Shown piece by piece: positions 1-12,600 of a stretch of DNA of 59,125 nucleotides. The DNA lies in NCBI GenBank assembly GCA_964499705.1, contig CAZCME010000026.1:1-59125 (forward strand), written 5' to 3'. How positions within the stretch are numbered: position 1 is the first letter of the stretch; the number at the start of each line of letters is the position of its first letter. The stretch is from an uncultured bacterium (GTDB lineage Bacteria; UBA8481). The translations under genes were made by a program, and so were the position numbers. A model generated the notes under the pieces. It saw only the letters and a list, made by a program, of their open reading frames with translations, made no database searches and had not been told where the DNA came from.

Positions 1-3000
1 TTCGCACTCCTGCAAGCGATAGTCCCGTCGCAGAATCGACAACGAGCGAGGCAAACGTATTCGCCGTGTCGATCTGAAGCCGGTAACCCGAGATCCCGAC
101 ATTGTCGGCCGCCGCCGTCCACGAGAACGTGATCGTCGTGGTATTCGTGTCCGTGTTTGCCGTCGGCAGCGTCAGCAGCGCGGCCACAGGTGCCATCGTG
201 TCGACCCGAAGCTCCCGCGATGCAGATGCCATCGAGTTCGTCGCAATGTCGACCGCCAGAACACGCCAGAAATACGTGTCGTTGGCCGATAGCGTTCGCG
301 TTCCAACGAGAGAAAGCCCTGTCGCCGAATCAGCAACGAGCGAGACAAACGTATTCGCCGTGTCTATCTGCAGCCGGTATCCCGAGAGCCCGACGTTGTC
401 CGCCGAAGCTGTCCAGGTGAACGTGATCGTCGTGATATTCGTGTCCGTATTCGCCGCAGGTAATGTGAGGGAAGCGGCGACAGGCGCCGTCGTATCGACA
501 ACGAGCTTTCGAAAGGCGCTGACAACTGTGTTGGCAACGTTGTCGGTCGAGATCACTCTCCAGAAGTACGTGTCATTGGCGGGTAATGTTCTGGCGACTG
601 AAAGCGCAAGTCCGGTCGCCGAATCAACAAACGGCGCAACGAATGTATTCGATGTGTCCATCTGCAATCGATATCCGGCGACACCGGAGAGCGTATCGAC
701 GGAAGCCGCCCACGAGAAGGTGATCGTCGTCGCATTCGTTTCCATGTTGTTCGCCGGAGCGGAGAGCGTAGCCGCCGACGGAGAGTACGTGTCAGCCTCG
801 AATCGGACTAGCGCGGTATCCTGGAACCCCGTCGCATCAGTCGCCACGATCGTGATCGTCGCCGGGCCGGAGTCCAGCGGAATCCGATAAACCAGCGTGT
901 ACGAATCCTCGTTAAACCCTGAATCGAGATTGGTAATAATCTGGAACGCGGCGCTGCCGGAAACGCTTGTCTCGTTGACGTCAGAAATGAAGACCGTGAT
1001 CGTGTCGATCTGTCCGGCACCAGCGCCCGCCGGATTGAAGTAGACGGTATCCGGCGTCAGTCCCACTGTAATCGGCGTGTCCGGATGGAAATGCGTCAAC
1101 GAACTCGAGATGATGGCAATGCCGGAAATAACCGGCACGCCGGAATCAACGACCAACCGCCGGATCGCCGCACCGGCCGTATCGGCGTTGGAGACGCTGT
1201 CATGAGCGATCACGCGCCAGTAATAAGGCGAGTCGGCTAGCCCCGGCGAAGTGTAAGACGTTGTCGTCACCGAGGCAGACTCCAGAATCGCGCCGAAGCC
1301 CATGCCGTTTGATATCTGAACGAGGTATTGCTTCGTCCCCGCGCCCGTATCGTTTGACGCAAGCCATGAAAATGTCGGCGTTGTGTCGCCGAGCGTCTGC
1401 GAATCGCCGGGGTTGATGAGCCCGACAACGGGCGGTGTCTGAATGTCGCGCAGCCACAAAACGACCATGGAATCCTCGTTGCCCGCCGTGTCTCGAGCGA
1501 TGAGAACCATCGTCGTATCGCCGAGCCCCACTTCGATCGAGTATGTGAAAGCGTACGGCGGCAGCGCGTCGAACTGCGGTCCTTCTCCAAAATGCTGCGG
1601 GAAGAAAACAGAATCGGCGCCCGTCGCGATAATCGAGATGGTGTCGTTCTGGCCAATGCCGGTGCCGGTATTGTTGAAGACGATGGTATCGATCGGCAGC
1701 ATCGTATCGACGCCACCTGAATCGGTGAAGAAACCGGGAACGCTCGACGCGACGGAGACAGATACGATGACAGGCGCGGTTCGGTCGACGATGAACCGCA
1801 CGCTCGGCGTGTAGACGGTTGTATTGCGCGCGTCGTCGCGAGCAAGAATACGCCAGGAATACGCGCCTTCGGCAAGCAGGACGGCTGTATCGGAAGTTGC
1901 AGTTGCAATATCCGAATCCACGGCGAACGGTCCCGTGAATGTGCCGGGCGTATCGATCTGGAGATGATACGCATTCAAGCCCGACAACGTGTCGACCGCA
2001 GCGGTCCAATCAAAGCCCACGAACACGGCGTTGGTCTCGCTGTTGTCCACGGGGTAAACGCCTGCCGGTGCCGTCGGTGGCACCGTATCAGTATAAAGCG
2101 TCCTTGAGGTCGCGGCGACCGTGTTGCCGGCATCGTCAATAGCCACGATGCGCCAATAATACGTGTCATTGGCCGCAAGCGCGCGAGTAGCGCTGACGCT
2201 TAATCCGGTAGACGAATCGATAAACGGAGTCGTGAACGCCGTGGTGGTGTCAATCTGCAGTCGATGCTCGAACAGCCCTGACTGCGTATCGCTCGATGAA
2301 CTCCACGAGAAGAAAACATTGGCAACATTCGTCTCGGTCAGATCGACCGGTAGCGTCAGAGCCGGGGCCGTGGGTAGAGTCGTGTCGATGCGAAGCTGCT
2401 GGCTCGCTGATGCCGTCGAGTTCGTCGCGCTGTCGATCGTAATCACGCGCCAGTAATACGTGTCGTTGGCCGATAGCGTTCGCACACCTGCAAGCGATAA
2501 CCCTGTCGCTGAATCAGCAACAAGCAAGACAAACGTATTCGCCGTATCGATCTGCAGCCGGTATCCCGAGAGCCCAACGCTGTCAGCCGAAGCCAACCAC
2601 GAGAACGTGATCGTCGTGACATTCGTGTCCGTGTTCGCCGCCGGCAGCGTCAGCAGCGCGGCCACTGGTACCGTCGTGTCGATGCGAAGCCGCCGGCTAA
2701 CTGATGCCATCGAATTCGTCGCGCTGTCGATCGCAAGTACGCGCCAGAAATATGTGTCGTTCGCCGATAGCGTTCGCACTCCTGCAAGCGATAGTCCCGT
2801 CGCAGAATCGACAACGAGCGAGGCAAATGTATTCGCCGTGTCGATCTGAAGCCGGTAACCCGAGATCCCGACGTTATCGGTCGCAGCCGTCCATGTGAAC
2901 GTGATCGTCGTGACATTCGTATCTGCGTTCGCCGCTGGCATAACGAGCCCGACCACTGCTGGCACCATCGTGTCAATCCGAAGCTGGCGGCTCACCGATG

Positions 3001-6000
3001 CGGTCGAGTTCGTCGCGCTGTCGACCGCCAGAACGCGCCAAAAATACGTGTCGTTGGCCGTGAGCGTTCTTGTACCGGACGTAGCAAGCCCGGTCGTTGA
3101 GTCGACAAGCAGCGTCACGAACGTACCCGCCGTGTCGATCTGCAGCCGATGCTCCAAAAGACCCGAGAGCGTATCGCTCGACATACTCCACGAGAAGAAG
3201 ATCGTCGTCGTATTCGTATCGGTCAGATCGGCCGGCAGCGTCAGAACCGGCGCCGTGGGAAGAGTGGTGTCGATCAAGATCCGCCGCGAGCTCGACACCG
3301 TCGTATTGCTTGCTCCGTCGACCGTGATAACGCGCCAGAAATACGTGTCGTTTGCCGCAAGCGCGCGGGTTCCGGAAGTCTCGATCCCTACGCTCGAATC
3401 GACCAGCAGCGAGACAAATGTTCCCGCTGTGTCGATCTGCAGGCGATGTTCCACAATGCCCGAGACCGTATCGCCGCCCGACGTCCACGAAAACGTGATC
3501 GTCGTAAAGCGCGTCTCGCTCAGATCAGCAGGCCCAGCAAGAACCGCTGCGACCGGCGCGATCGTGTCGATAACGATGAAGCGCGAAACCGAGACGGTCG
3601 TGTTACGCGCGTCGTCAATCGCCACAACACGCCAATAATACGTATCGTTGGCTGCCAGCGTGCGCAAAGCGCTGACAGCAAGACCGGTCGATGAATCGAC
3701 AACCAGTGAGACGAACATGCCCGCCGTGTCGATCTGCAACCTGTGCTCGAAGATCCCCGTAAGCGTATCGACGGCGGCCGACCAGGAGAAGAGGATGGTC
3801 GTCACATTCGTCTCCGTGGCATCAGTTGGAGCTGTAAGCAGCGCCGCCACAGGCGGCAATGTGTCGGTCACAATCCGGCGGAAGGGGGGAGTCGAAACCG
3901 TCGTGTTGCCGCGATTGTCGCGGACGACGACGCGCCAGTAGCGTGTGTCATTCGAAGCGAGCGTCAGCCATGCGGAAAGAGCGAGGCCGTTCGAGCTGTC
4001 CGTCGCGATCACCGCAAAAGTGGAATCGGTCGCCGTCTGGATCCGGTATTCCTGCAGACCAGATTCCGTGTCGGATGACGCATTCCACGAGAATGATACG
4101 ATAAGCGTGCTCGTCTCCAATCCATCCGCCGGCGATGATAAGGTGAACGGCGCGGGAGTCGTCGTGTCCACGATCGGCCTCACGAATGAATCGAACGCCG
4201 GAGTTGCCGCGGTCGTGTTCCCCGCGTCGTCGTACGCGGTCACGCGCCAGAACCATGTGTCGTTCCCCGATGGAACCCAGATGTAATCGGTGTCCGTCGA
4301 GATCGTGCCGGCCTCGAACGTGATGAGCGAAAAGATCGAATCACGCGAGAACTGGATCGTGTACTTGTTCAAGCCCGTAAGCGTGTCGGTCGACGCATTC
4401 CAGAGAAACGTCACCGGCGCGACGACGGAATCGCCGTTCCGAGGTGAAACGAGACCGAAGGCTACGGGAGGCACGGTATCGACGACGAGAGTTCGCGACT
4501 CGTTCGCGGTCGTGTTGCCCGCGTCGTCATACGCCACAACACGCCAGTACGTCGTGTCGTTCGCCGCCAGAGTCGTGACGGCCGCAGTCTCGCGCGACAG
4601 TCCCGACGAGGAATCGAGCGTGATCGAGGTGAAGATCTTGTCTGAGGCGAATTGGAGATGGTATCGATTCAGACCGGTGAACGAATCGCCCGACGCGCCC
4701 CACGCGAATCGCACCGTTCTCGTGGCCGTCTCGTGGAGATCCACAGGGGAAAAGAGCACGAACGCCGCCGGAGGTTGCGTGTCGACGTAGAGGGTCCGCG
4801 TCTCCGAGGAGTATCTTACATTTCCCAGCGTGTCATAAGCCGCCACGCGCCATAAGTATGTGTCGGGACCCGGCAGAAGCACCGTAGTGCTGTTGCCGAG
4901 GCCCGCGGTGGAATCCACGATCATCGTTGAGAAATTCTGGATGCGCGCGATCTGGATATGATACCGGTTGAGCGCCGTGTGCGTGTCCGTTGTCGCGCTC
5001 CAGAAAAATGTCACCGACGTCGCGCGCGTCTCCGTGTTCGCGGCGGGCGCCGTCAACACGAACGGCATCGGCGGTTCCGTGTCCACCACGACGACCGAGT
5101 CGCCCGGCTTCGATACCGTCGTGTTCGCTCCGAAATCGACCACGATCACACGCCAGTGGAACGTGTCCGAACCCGTGAGATTCACGACGGCCGATGTGTC
5201 ATTCGCGGAAACGATCGAATCCTTATAGAACGACGAGAAGGCCGAGTCTGTGGAAAGTTGGATCCGATAATGAGCAAGCCCGATAGTGTCGAACGATGGG
5301 CTCCACTGGAACGTGATCGACGTTGCGGATGTCTCAGTCCGCACGACCGGTATGAGCTGATAAAAAGTGTTCGGCGGTGCGGAGTCGTCGGGCGGAGAGC
5401 TGACGAAAGATTCATACGTCGATCCGGAAGCGTTTGTCGCCTGCCGCGAGTTTCCCACGTCGTCGAACGCATACACGCGCCAGTACCACGTGTCCTGCGG
5501 GAATTCCACGGTGATATCCGTATCGGGCGCGAGGATCAACGAATCAACCGAGAGAAAGCTGAAGATCGAGTCCGGACCGACCTGGACGCGATACGACGAG
5601 AGGCCGCTCTGCGTGTCCGTTGTCGGGAACCATGCGAGCCGGACGTTCGAGGGAGTGCCTGTTCCGTTCACCGGCGTCTCAAAGCCGAACGAGCTCGGCG
5701 GCTGCGTGTCGACGATCAGCCTCCGCGATGAACTCGCGGCCATCGTGTTCCCCGCGTCGTCATAAGCGATGACACGCCAGTAGAACGTGTCGCTTCCCGC
5801 GAATGCGGCAGGCGCCGAATTCGCTTGCCCCGCCGATGAATCGAGAACGATCGTCGCGTATGCCGTGTCGCGGGCCACCTGAAGTTGATACCGATTCAGT
5901 CCGCTCAACGTATCCGAGCTTGGTGTCCACGAAAAAAGGATCGACGTCGCGAATGTCTCCAAGCCGTCCGCGGGCGTATCGAGCGCGAACGCAGTCGGCA

Positions 6001-6600
6001 CCGTCGTGTCCGTGAAAAGAGACCTCGTGTCCGAAGAGATCCGCGTATTACCGAGATCGTCGACCGCGATCACCCGCCAGTAGTATGTATCGTTCGCGGC
6101 CAGGATCACCGTCGACTCCGTCGCGAGGCCCGCGGACGAATCCACGATGAGCGCGACAAACTCCGTGTCGCGTGTTATCTGGAGCAGGTGACGGTTCACG
6201 CCGCTATGCGAATCGCCGGCCGCATTCCATCGGAACGTGATCGATGCCGCGCTCGTTTCCGACCCCGACGCAGGCACGAGAAGTGTGAACGGAACGGGCG
6301 GCTCGGTGTCGACAAGCACCACCGAATCCCCGGGCTTCGAGCCTCTCGTCTCGCCAGATATCGCGACGGCCAGAACGCGCCAGTGGTATGTCTCCGCGCC
6401 CACCAGAGACAGCACCGCAGATGTGGATGTCACCGGCACGGTCGAATCGACGACCAGAATCGCAAACCCCGTATCGCGCGCCACCTGCAACCGGAACCCC
6501 GAGAGAATCGTCGTATCCGTCGGCAGCGTCCACACATATGTCAGGCTCGGCGCAGTCGTCTCGGTCCCGTTCGGCGGAGAGATCTGGTAGAAAGTATCGA
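1..6600 (-). repeat. Intragenic tandem Ig/FN3-like repeats of giant A, period about 294-297 bp (98-99 aa) where measured
   Basis: The motif encoding 'DTY.WRV' recurs at 276, 570, 2163, 2460, 2754, 3048, 3345 and 3642. Bases 1-100 match 2773-2872 at 99/100. A less regular stretch lies at about 890-1450. Confidence 0.85.
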
Positions 6601-9600
6601 TCAGCGTCGATGTGTCGAAGACCGTGATCGTCGTCGTTCCTGTCTTTCCGTTCGACGATCTCACCGCGATCGTGCAGGTTCCAACCTGCGTGAGGCTGAT
6701 CGTCTCGAACCGTATGCCGCGGAAAAAGACTCCGCTCGTATCGGGTCTGACGCCCGTCGGCGAAGTGAAGATCACGGTCTCCGCGAAACCGCTGAATATC
6801 CCCTTCTCCGCATGCCTCGCATCGATCCGGATTTGAAACGAGTCTCCCGCCCGCACCAACGCCGGCGCGCGAATTTCAAAATCGGTCAATTCCCCCTGAG
6901 TGTCTTTACTGAAGAAAACATCGTCGAGATAGCACAGTCCCGAAACCGCGAATGACGAGTTGACGCGGATTGGATTGAAGTCGACGAGGTTCGTCGTGTC
7001 CATGCCGATAAAGTGCGAGAGCGGAATGATCACGCGACGCCACTCAGTCGCGCTCGGCCTCACATACGAATCCAGCGCCAGCGTCGTCTCCGAGCCGCCG
7101 TTCTGCCGCATGCTCGTGAAGAGAAGCGGCACGTCGGTGTCCTCCAGTGTCGTATCGCCGCGAATCCAGAAAGTCAGCGACGCCAGCGTCGAGATGTTCA
7201 GGTTCCCGAGGCCTTCTTCGAATCCGCCCTGGCCCGCCGGGCTCGTCGCGAAGGACCAGCGGTTCGACGCAATTCCCGAAACTTTCTGGTCGGTCGTCGA
7301 CGCGACTGTCGCCACGCCCCACGCAAACGTTCCGCGATTCAAGTTGTTCAGCGAGTCGCCTTCCATGTCGTCGACGATGACGTTTCCGCTCGATATCACC
7401 TGAATCACCCTCGTGCAGCTCCGGCCCGAAGCCGTCGCCGTGATCGTCACCTGACCCGGCGCGCTCAGTCGATACGAATCCACCGCGATTCCGTATGAGA
7501 AGGAATCGCCGGCCGGAAAGAGCATCCCCAATGAAGCCGAGAGCGTCACGGTTTCGAATGTGGAACGGTAGACGCCGCTGTCGCGATGCAAAGCCCAGAC
7601 CCGGATCTGGAACGAATCGCCCGCCGCAACCGTCGGCGGCGCTTCCAGTTCGAGCCCGACGTATGTGTCCGGCAGGCCGGTATCGAGGAGGAGATCGTCG
7701 AGATAACCGGACGCGACTCCCGACTGATCCGGCACGATCTTGAAATGCCAGTTCTCAAGACTCCGCGTGTCCACTCCGCGAAAGTCCGCGATCGGAATCA
7801 CGGCGCGCCTCCAAGCCGTCGTCACCGGCACAACATATTTCGTCAGCAACAGAGCGCTCTCGACGCCATTCGTTCCCTTCAATCCAAACTGTAGCTTGTC
7901 CGACAGGTTTGCTCCCGCGTTCGCGCGAATCCAGAACGCAACCGCCGAACATCGTGTCACGTCCATCCCGAGATTGTATCGACTGAATCCCTGGCCGATG
8001 CCTCCCGTCACTCCTCCCTGCGCGTTGAAAGTATACGCATACGAATAGGAATCATTCTGCGCGAGCGCGTTCGAATAGACCCCCGCGTAATTTCCGTTCG
8101 GCCAGAAGAAGGAATCGCTCGCGATATTGTTGGGATCGACGCCGTCGGCAAAGTTGTCAATGACCGTCGGGGACCTCACGATGATCACCGTTGTTCCCGG
8201 CGAATTATCCCGAAGCACCTGGATCGTCGTCGTCCCCGCGCCGCAGATCGAAACCGTCTCCGTCCGGATCCCGTTCACGAAGGAGTCCGTCCGGAGCGGC
8301 GTGATCCGCCCGGGCAGAGCGAAGAGATCGACCGTGCCGTTGAATGTCGTGACCGTATCTCCGGCCGCAGTGAGCGCCGTTATGCGGATCACGAACGACT
8401 CGCCGGAATAAATCGGCTGCGACAAAACCTCGACGCGATAGAAACCCTGGACCATCGCGATCGTCTTGGAGCCGAACCATGTCCCTGTCGTGTCGCCGAA
8501 CGTGATCGTCTTCACTCCGTACTGCGTTCCCGTGCACGTCAGAGCTTCCGTTCGCACACCGTTCACGAGTGCTCCCGACACCGTCGGCGTGATCGTGTCG
8601 CCCGCCGGCATCGCGATCGTCGTCGTCGCGTTGTAGGTCTGGATCAATCCGCTCTCCGCGTGCATCGCGCTGATCGTCCAGTTGAACGGAACGCCGAACG
8701 TCCCTGTTTCCGTCCCCGTCACCTGGAATCCCGCGAGCGTCTGAGGCGCCGAAAGCGTGAAGACGATATCGTCGACGTAGAGCGTTCCGGCGGCCCAGGG
8801 AGCGGCATTGTCGCGGATCAGAATCTCGTCCAACGACGACGTATCGACCGCTCCGAACGCCGAAAGAGGTATGATCGCGCGGCGCCATTCCGAGTTTGCA
8901 ATGTTGACGTATGTCGAGAGCGGCACCGTCACCGATGTGACGCCGTCGTTCAATGTCACCTCCATTCCGGAATTGGCAAGTGCGTCCGTGCCGCGGACCC
9001 AGAACGCAAGGTACTTCGTCTGCCGCACGTCCAACCCGGATGGAAATGGTTCCTTGAATCCCCGCGCAAAACTTCCCGTTGATTTGAAAACGGTCGCAAT
9101 CGATCGGGGCGTCGAATGCTTCTGCGTCGTGCTGTTGGATATCAAGGCGACATCGATCGGATCGGCGCCGTTGGAGACGACGACGGCCACACCCGTCTGG
9201 AAGTTCGTCAGGTTCGCGTCATCCAAATTATCGACGAGGATCACCGAGCCGCCCGAAGGAGTGAACGCGACATTGTCGATGAAGAATCGCTCGTGACCAC
9301 CCTGGAAAGTGAACGAGACATTATCCATGTTCGTCAGGTCCACGCCGCCGGAGATGAACGGATCGAGCGCCATCGTGAAACTCTTCCACGACGTCGTGAG
9401 AGCGGTATCGACAAGAATCTTCACCTCCTGAAAAGTCGTCCTGTCCTTCAAGCCGACTTGAAAACTCTCGCCGCCCGCGTTGCCCCGCGCGTCGAATCGG
9501 ATAGCGACAACGCCATATTGTGAAAGATTGGTTCCGGGTAGAACGGAAAAGACGCCGAACCCGGGATCTCCCTCCAGCGAACGAACTTTGCCTGCCCTGC

Positions 9601-12600
9601 TGTCCGTCTGCGTGGTGTCCATCCAGAAATGAGCCGCCGCGCCCCAGAACCCGAGGTCGTTGCCGCCGAAATAGTTATTGGCGTTTCCGTCGTCCCAATC
9701 AAGCTCCACCCAGCCGAAGACCGCAGTCTGCGTCTCGCTCTCGACCGACTCCAGATTCTCCGTCGTCACCTTCGTCACGTAATACTCGAACGTCACTCCC
9801 TCACGCCCCGTCAACGTCGCGTCGTTGTCCGTGTAGGATGCCGTCGGCGTCGGCTGAGTCGTAAGCTTCACGAATGCGCCGCTGTCTTTTTCGCGCCGGT
9901 AGACGTTGTATCCGCGAATGAAGCTTGGATTCGGATCACTCCACTTCAACAGGATCTGGTTGCTCTGCGCGATCGTGTACACGTTCGTCGGCGCAAGCGG
10001 CGGCACGCCGGCGTCGGTGACAAATCGGAGATCGTCGATGTAGATCGTGTCCGAGAGCGGCGCCCCCTGGTTGTTCGAGAAGTAAAGGTTGATGTTCTGG
10101 AGAAGGGCCAGCGAAAGAGTCGAGTTGTTCGTGAAATGCGTCAGCGGAATGACAACCTGCTTCCATACAGACGTAACCCCTCCGGTCAGATAATTCGTCA
10201 CCGAGGGACCCGTCTCGATCCCTGCCGTATCCTTCAATCGCACTTTGAACTTGTCCCCACCAGCTACGCCCTTGACCCAGAACGAGAGAGCGTTGTAGTT
10301 CCGCGCATCATAGCTGCCGTTCTGCAGAACAGTCAGCCAGCCTCCGTCCGCCGCGCCTCCTGCCGAAACATTGAACGCGATCCTGCGGGACCGGACTCCC
10401 GCATGCGTTTCCGTCGTGGTGTACGTATCAGCGACCGTCCCGCCGTTGGAAGTGAAGTTCGAGATCGCCCCGCCCATCCGATTGACGTTGCTTGTGACTT
10501 CGAAGTCATCGACGTAGCCGGGATCGGACAGACTCTGCGAATACACCTCGAACATCCAGAGCGAATATCCGTTGCCGGTCGCGCGCTGACGGCCCTTCAT
10601 CCGGACGTAACGAGCGGACGGTTGCGGCTGGAGGTAGATCCGGTCGACGCCTCCGTCGCCCTGTTCGGTGGAATACACCGTCGTATAGCTTGCTGCGTTG
10701 AGGGGATCCGCTCCGTCGACCGCATACTGGATGTCGTATTTGAGAGCGAATGCGGGCTCCCACCACAAGACGACCGTGCCGATCGTCTGGTTGCTCCCGA
10801 GATCGATGTAGATCCATTCGTTGTCGGTGTATTCGGATTCCCAGCGCGTGATCTTGTCATCATCGGAAACAAAGGTGGCGTTGTTTCCCGATGCCGCGCG
10901 CACGCTCGACGCGGTCGCGACCTTGTTCACGGAACTCGCGGTCGGAGGCGCGGTGTTGAAACCGGACATCCCGATCCGGTTCATCGCGCGGATCATGTTG
11001 TCGTTCTGCATCATCTGGGTCCAGACCATCCCCGACCGGTAATTCTCGATGGCGATGATCTGCGGCCCCATGTCGAACCCGCCGTTGATGCGGCTCATGA
11101 AGGATGAGCCGCCGGAAGCGTCTTCCGGGAGGGGTCCCGACGGCGAGGAGCCGATGTTGTAGCATTGAACGAACCCGTAATTACCCAGGATCGAACCACC
11201 CATGTATTCGGGCCACCCGAGCGTGGAGTAACGCCATTGCATGTGGCGCATCGCGCCTACGACTTCGGTGGAAAGAAACGGCAGCGACGCGACCGTCGCG
11301 AAAGGATTCACGACGCCGCCGTGCGTCCTGACGTTGGCTTGGACGCCGGTACCCACCGAGGCCACGGCATCGCTCGTGACGAGCATGTTGCTTGTGTACC
11401 ACGCGCCGCCGCCGTTAGAGATATCCTGCGTCGCGGCGGAGAGTCCCCACACGTCGTAATCGTACGTGTTGTATTCCTCCGGATTCTTCTGCCAGATCGC
11501 GACCGAGGCATCCCGCTGACTCTTCGTCCAGTTCTTCGTGATCGTGAAGTCGTTCCGACCGGTGTGCGGCCCCGTCGTGGTCTGCGTCGCGCGGCCGTCG
11601 TACCAGAGGTTCACCCACTGCGACCAGTAGAGGACGCGGCCATCGTAACAGGTGCCGCACGCGTTGTTCCATGCGTCCTTCGCCTGCGTGATGTTGGCGG
11701 TGCCGCGAGGCGAGCCCGCCGACATGATCCGCGCCAGCATCCGTTCGCTGTAGTCTCCGTTCTCGAACATGTCGTACTTGTTCCAGTCGAAGCTCTCCTG
11801 GATCTGCCGCGCCGTGATCTCGGCCTCGGTTCCCCGAAAATATTCCTGCGCGAGCATCATCCCGATCATGAGGTCGCCCATGTCGTCGCGCGATCTCCAC
11901 GAATCGAAGTATGCGGCCGGCCGATATTTTTTCGCGCCGGAGCGGTAGTAATGATGATGAAAGCTTTCGTACGGAGAATTGACGTAGTTGGTCGCAAGCT
12001 CGTACGGGCCGTCGACGGTGAACGGGCCTGGATAGTGACCGTACACATCGTCCGGATAGGCCGTGTTCGGCCCCTTCAGCAGTTGTCGAATACCGTCCAG
12101 GAGCCCCTTTACGCGGGTGTAGGCCTGGCTGTAACTGATCCAGCCCCGCTTGTGCCCGATGCAGTATGCGGCGATGGCGGGCGAGAAGGACGCGACGCTC
12201 GTCTGTATCTGAAAGCTCCTGTTGTCCACGTCGGCCTCGGACGGTGGGAAGTAGTTCGCGTCGCCGTCGAGGACGTTCACCCAGAACCAGTCGAAGATCC
12301 TCCGCTCGTACGAGTCGAGAAACGCGTCGTTCGAGACCGCGGTCGTATCGAGCGGGCTGGAGTCATCGAGACCGTTGGAGTTGAGATCCGACTGAACGTA
12401 GGGAACTTTCTCCACCGCGATGCCGCAGATCTGCGGGTTGTCCGTCTGCCCCACGATTGTGATCTTCAGAACACCCTCGTTCACCGGAAAAAATGGAATC
12501 ACGAAGTCATACGCGGTGTACGAATCCCCGGCGACGGCGAAGATGTCGAAGTTGTCGAGGATGCGGTAGCCGCGCTGCGTGACGTCGATGTCGTTCAAGT

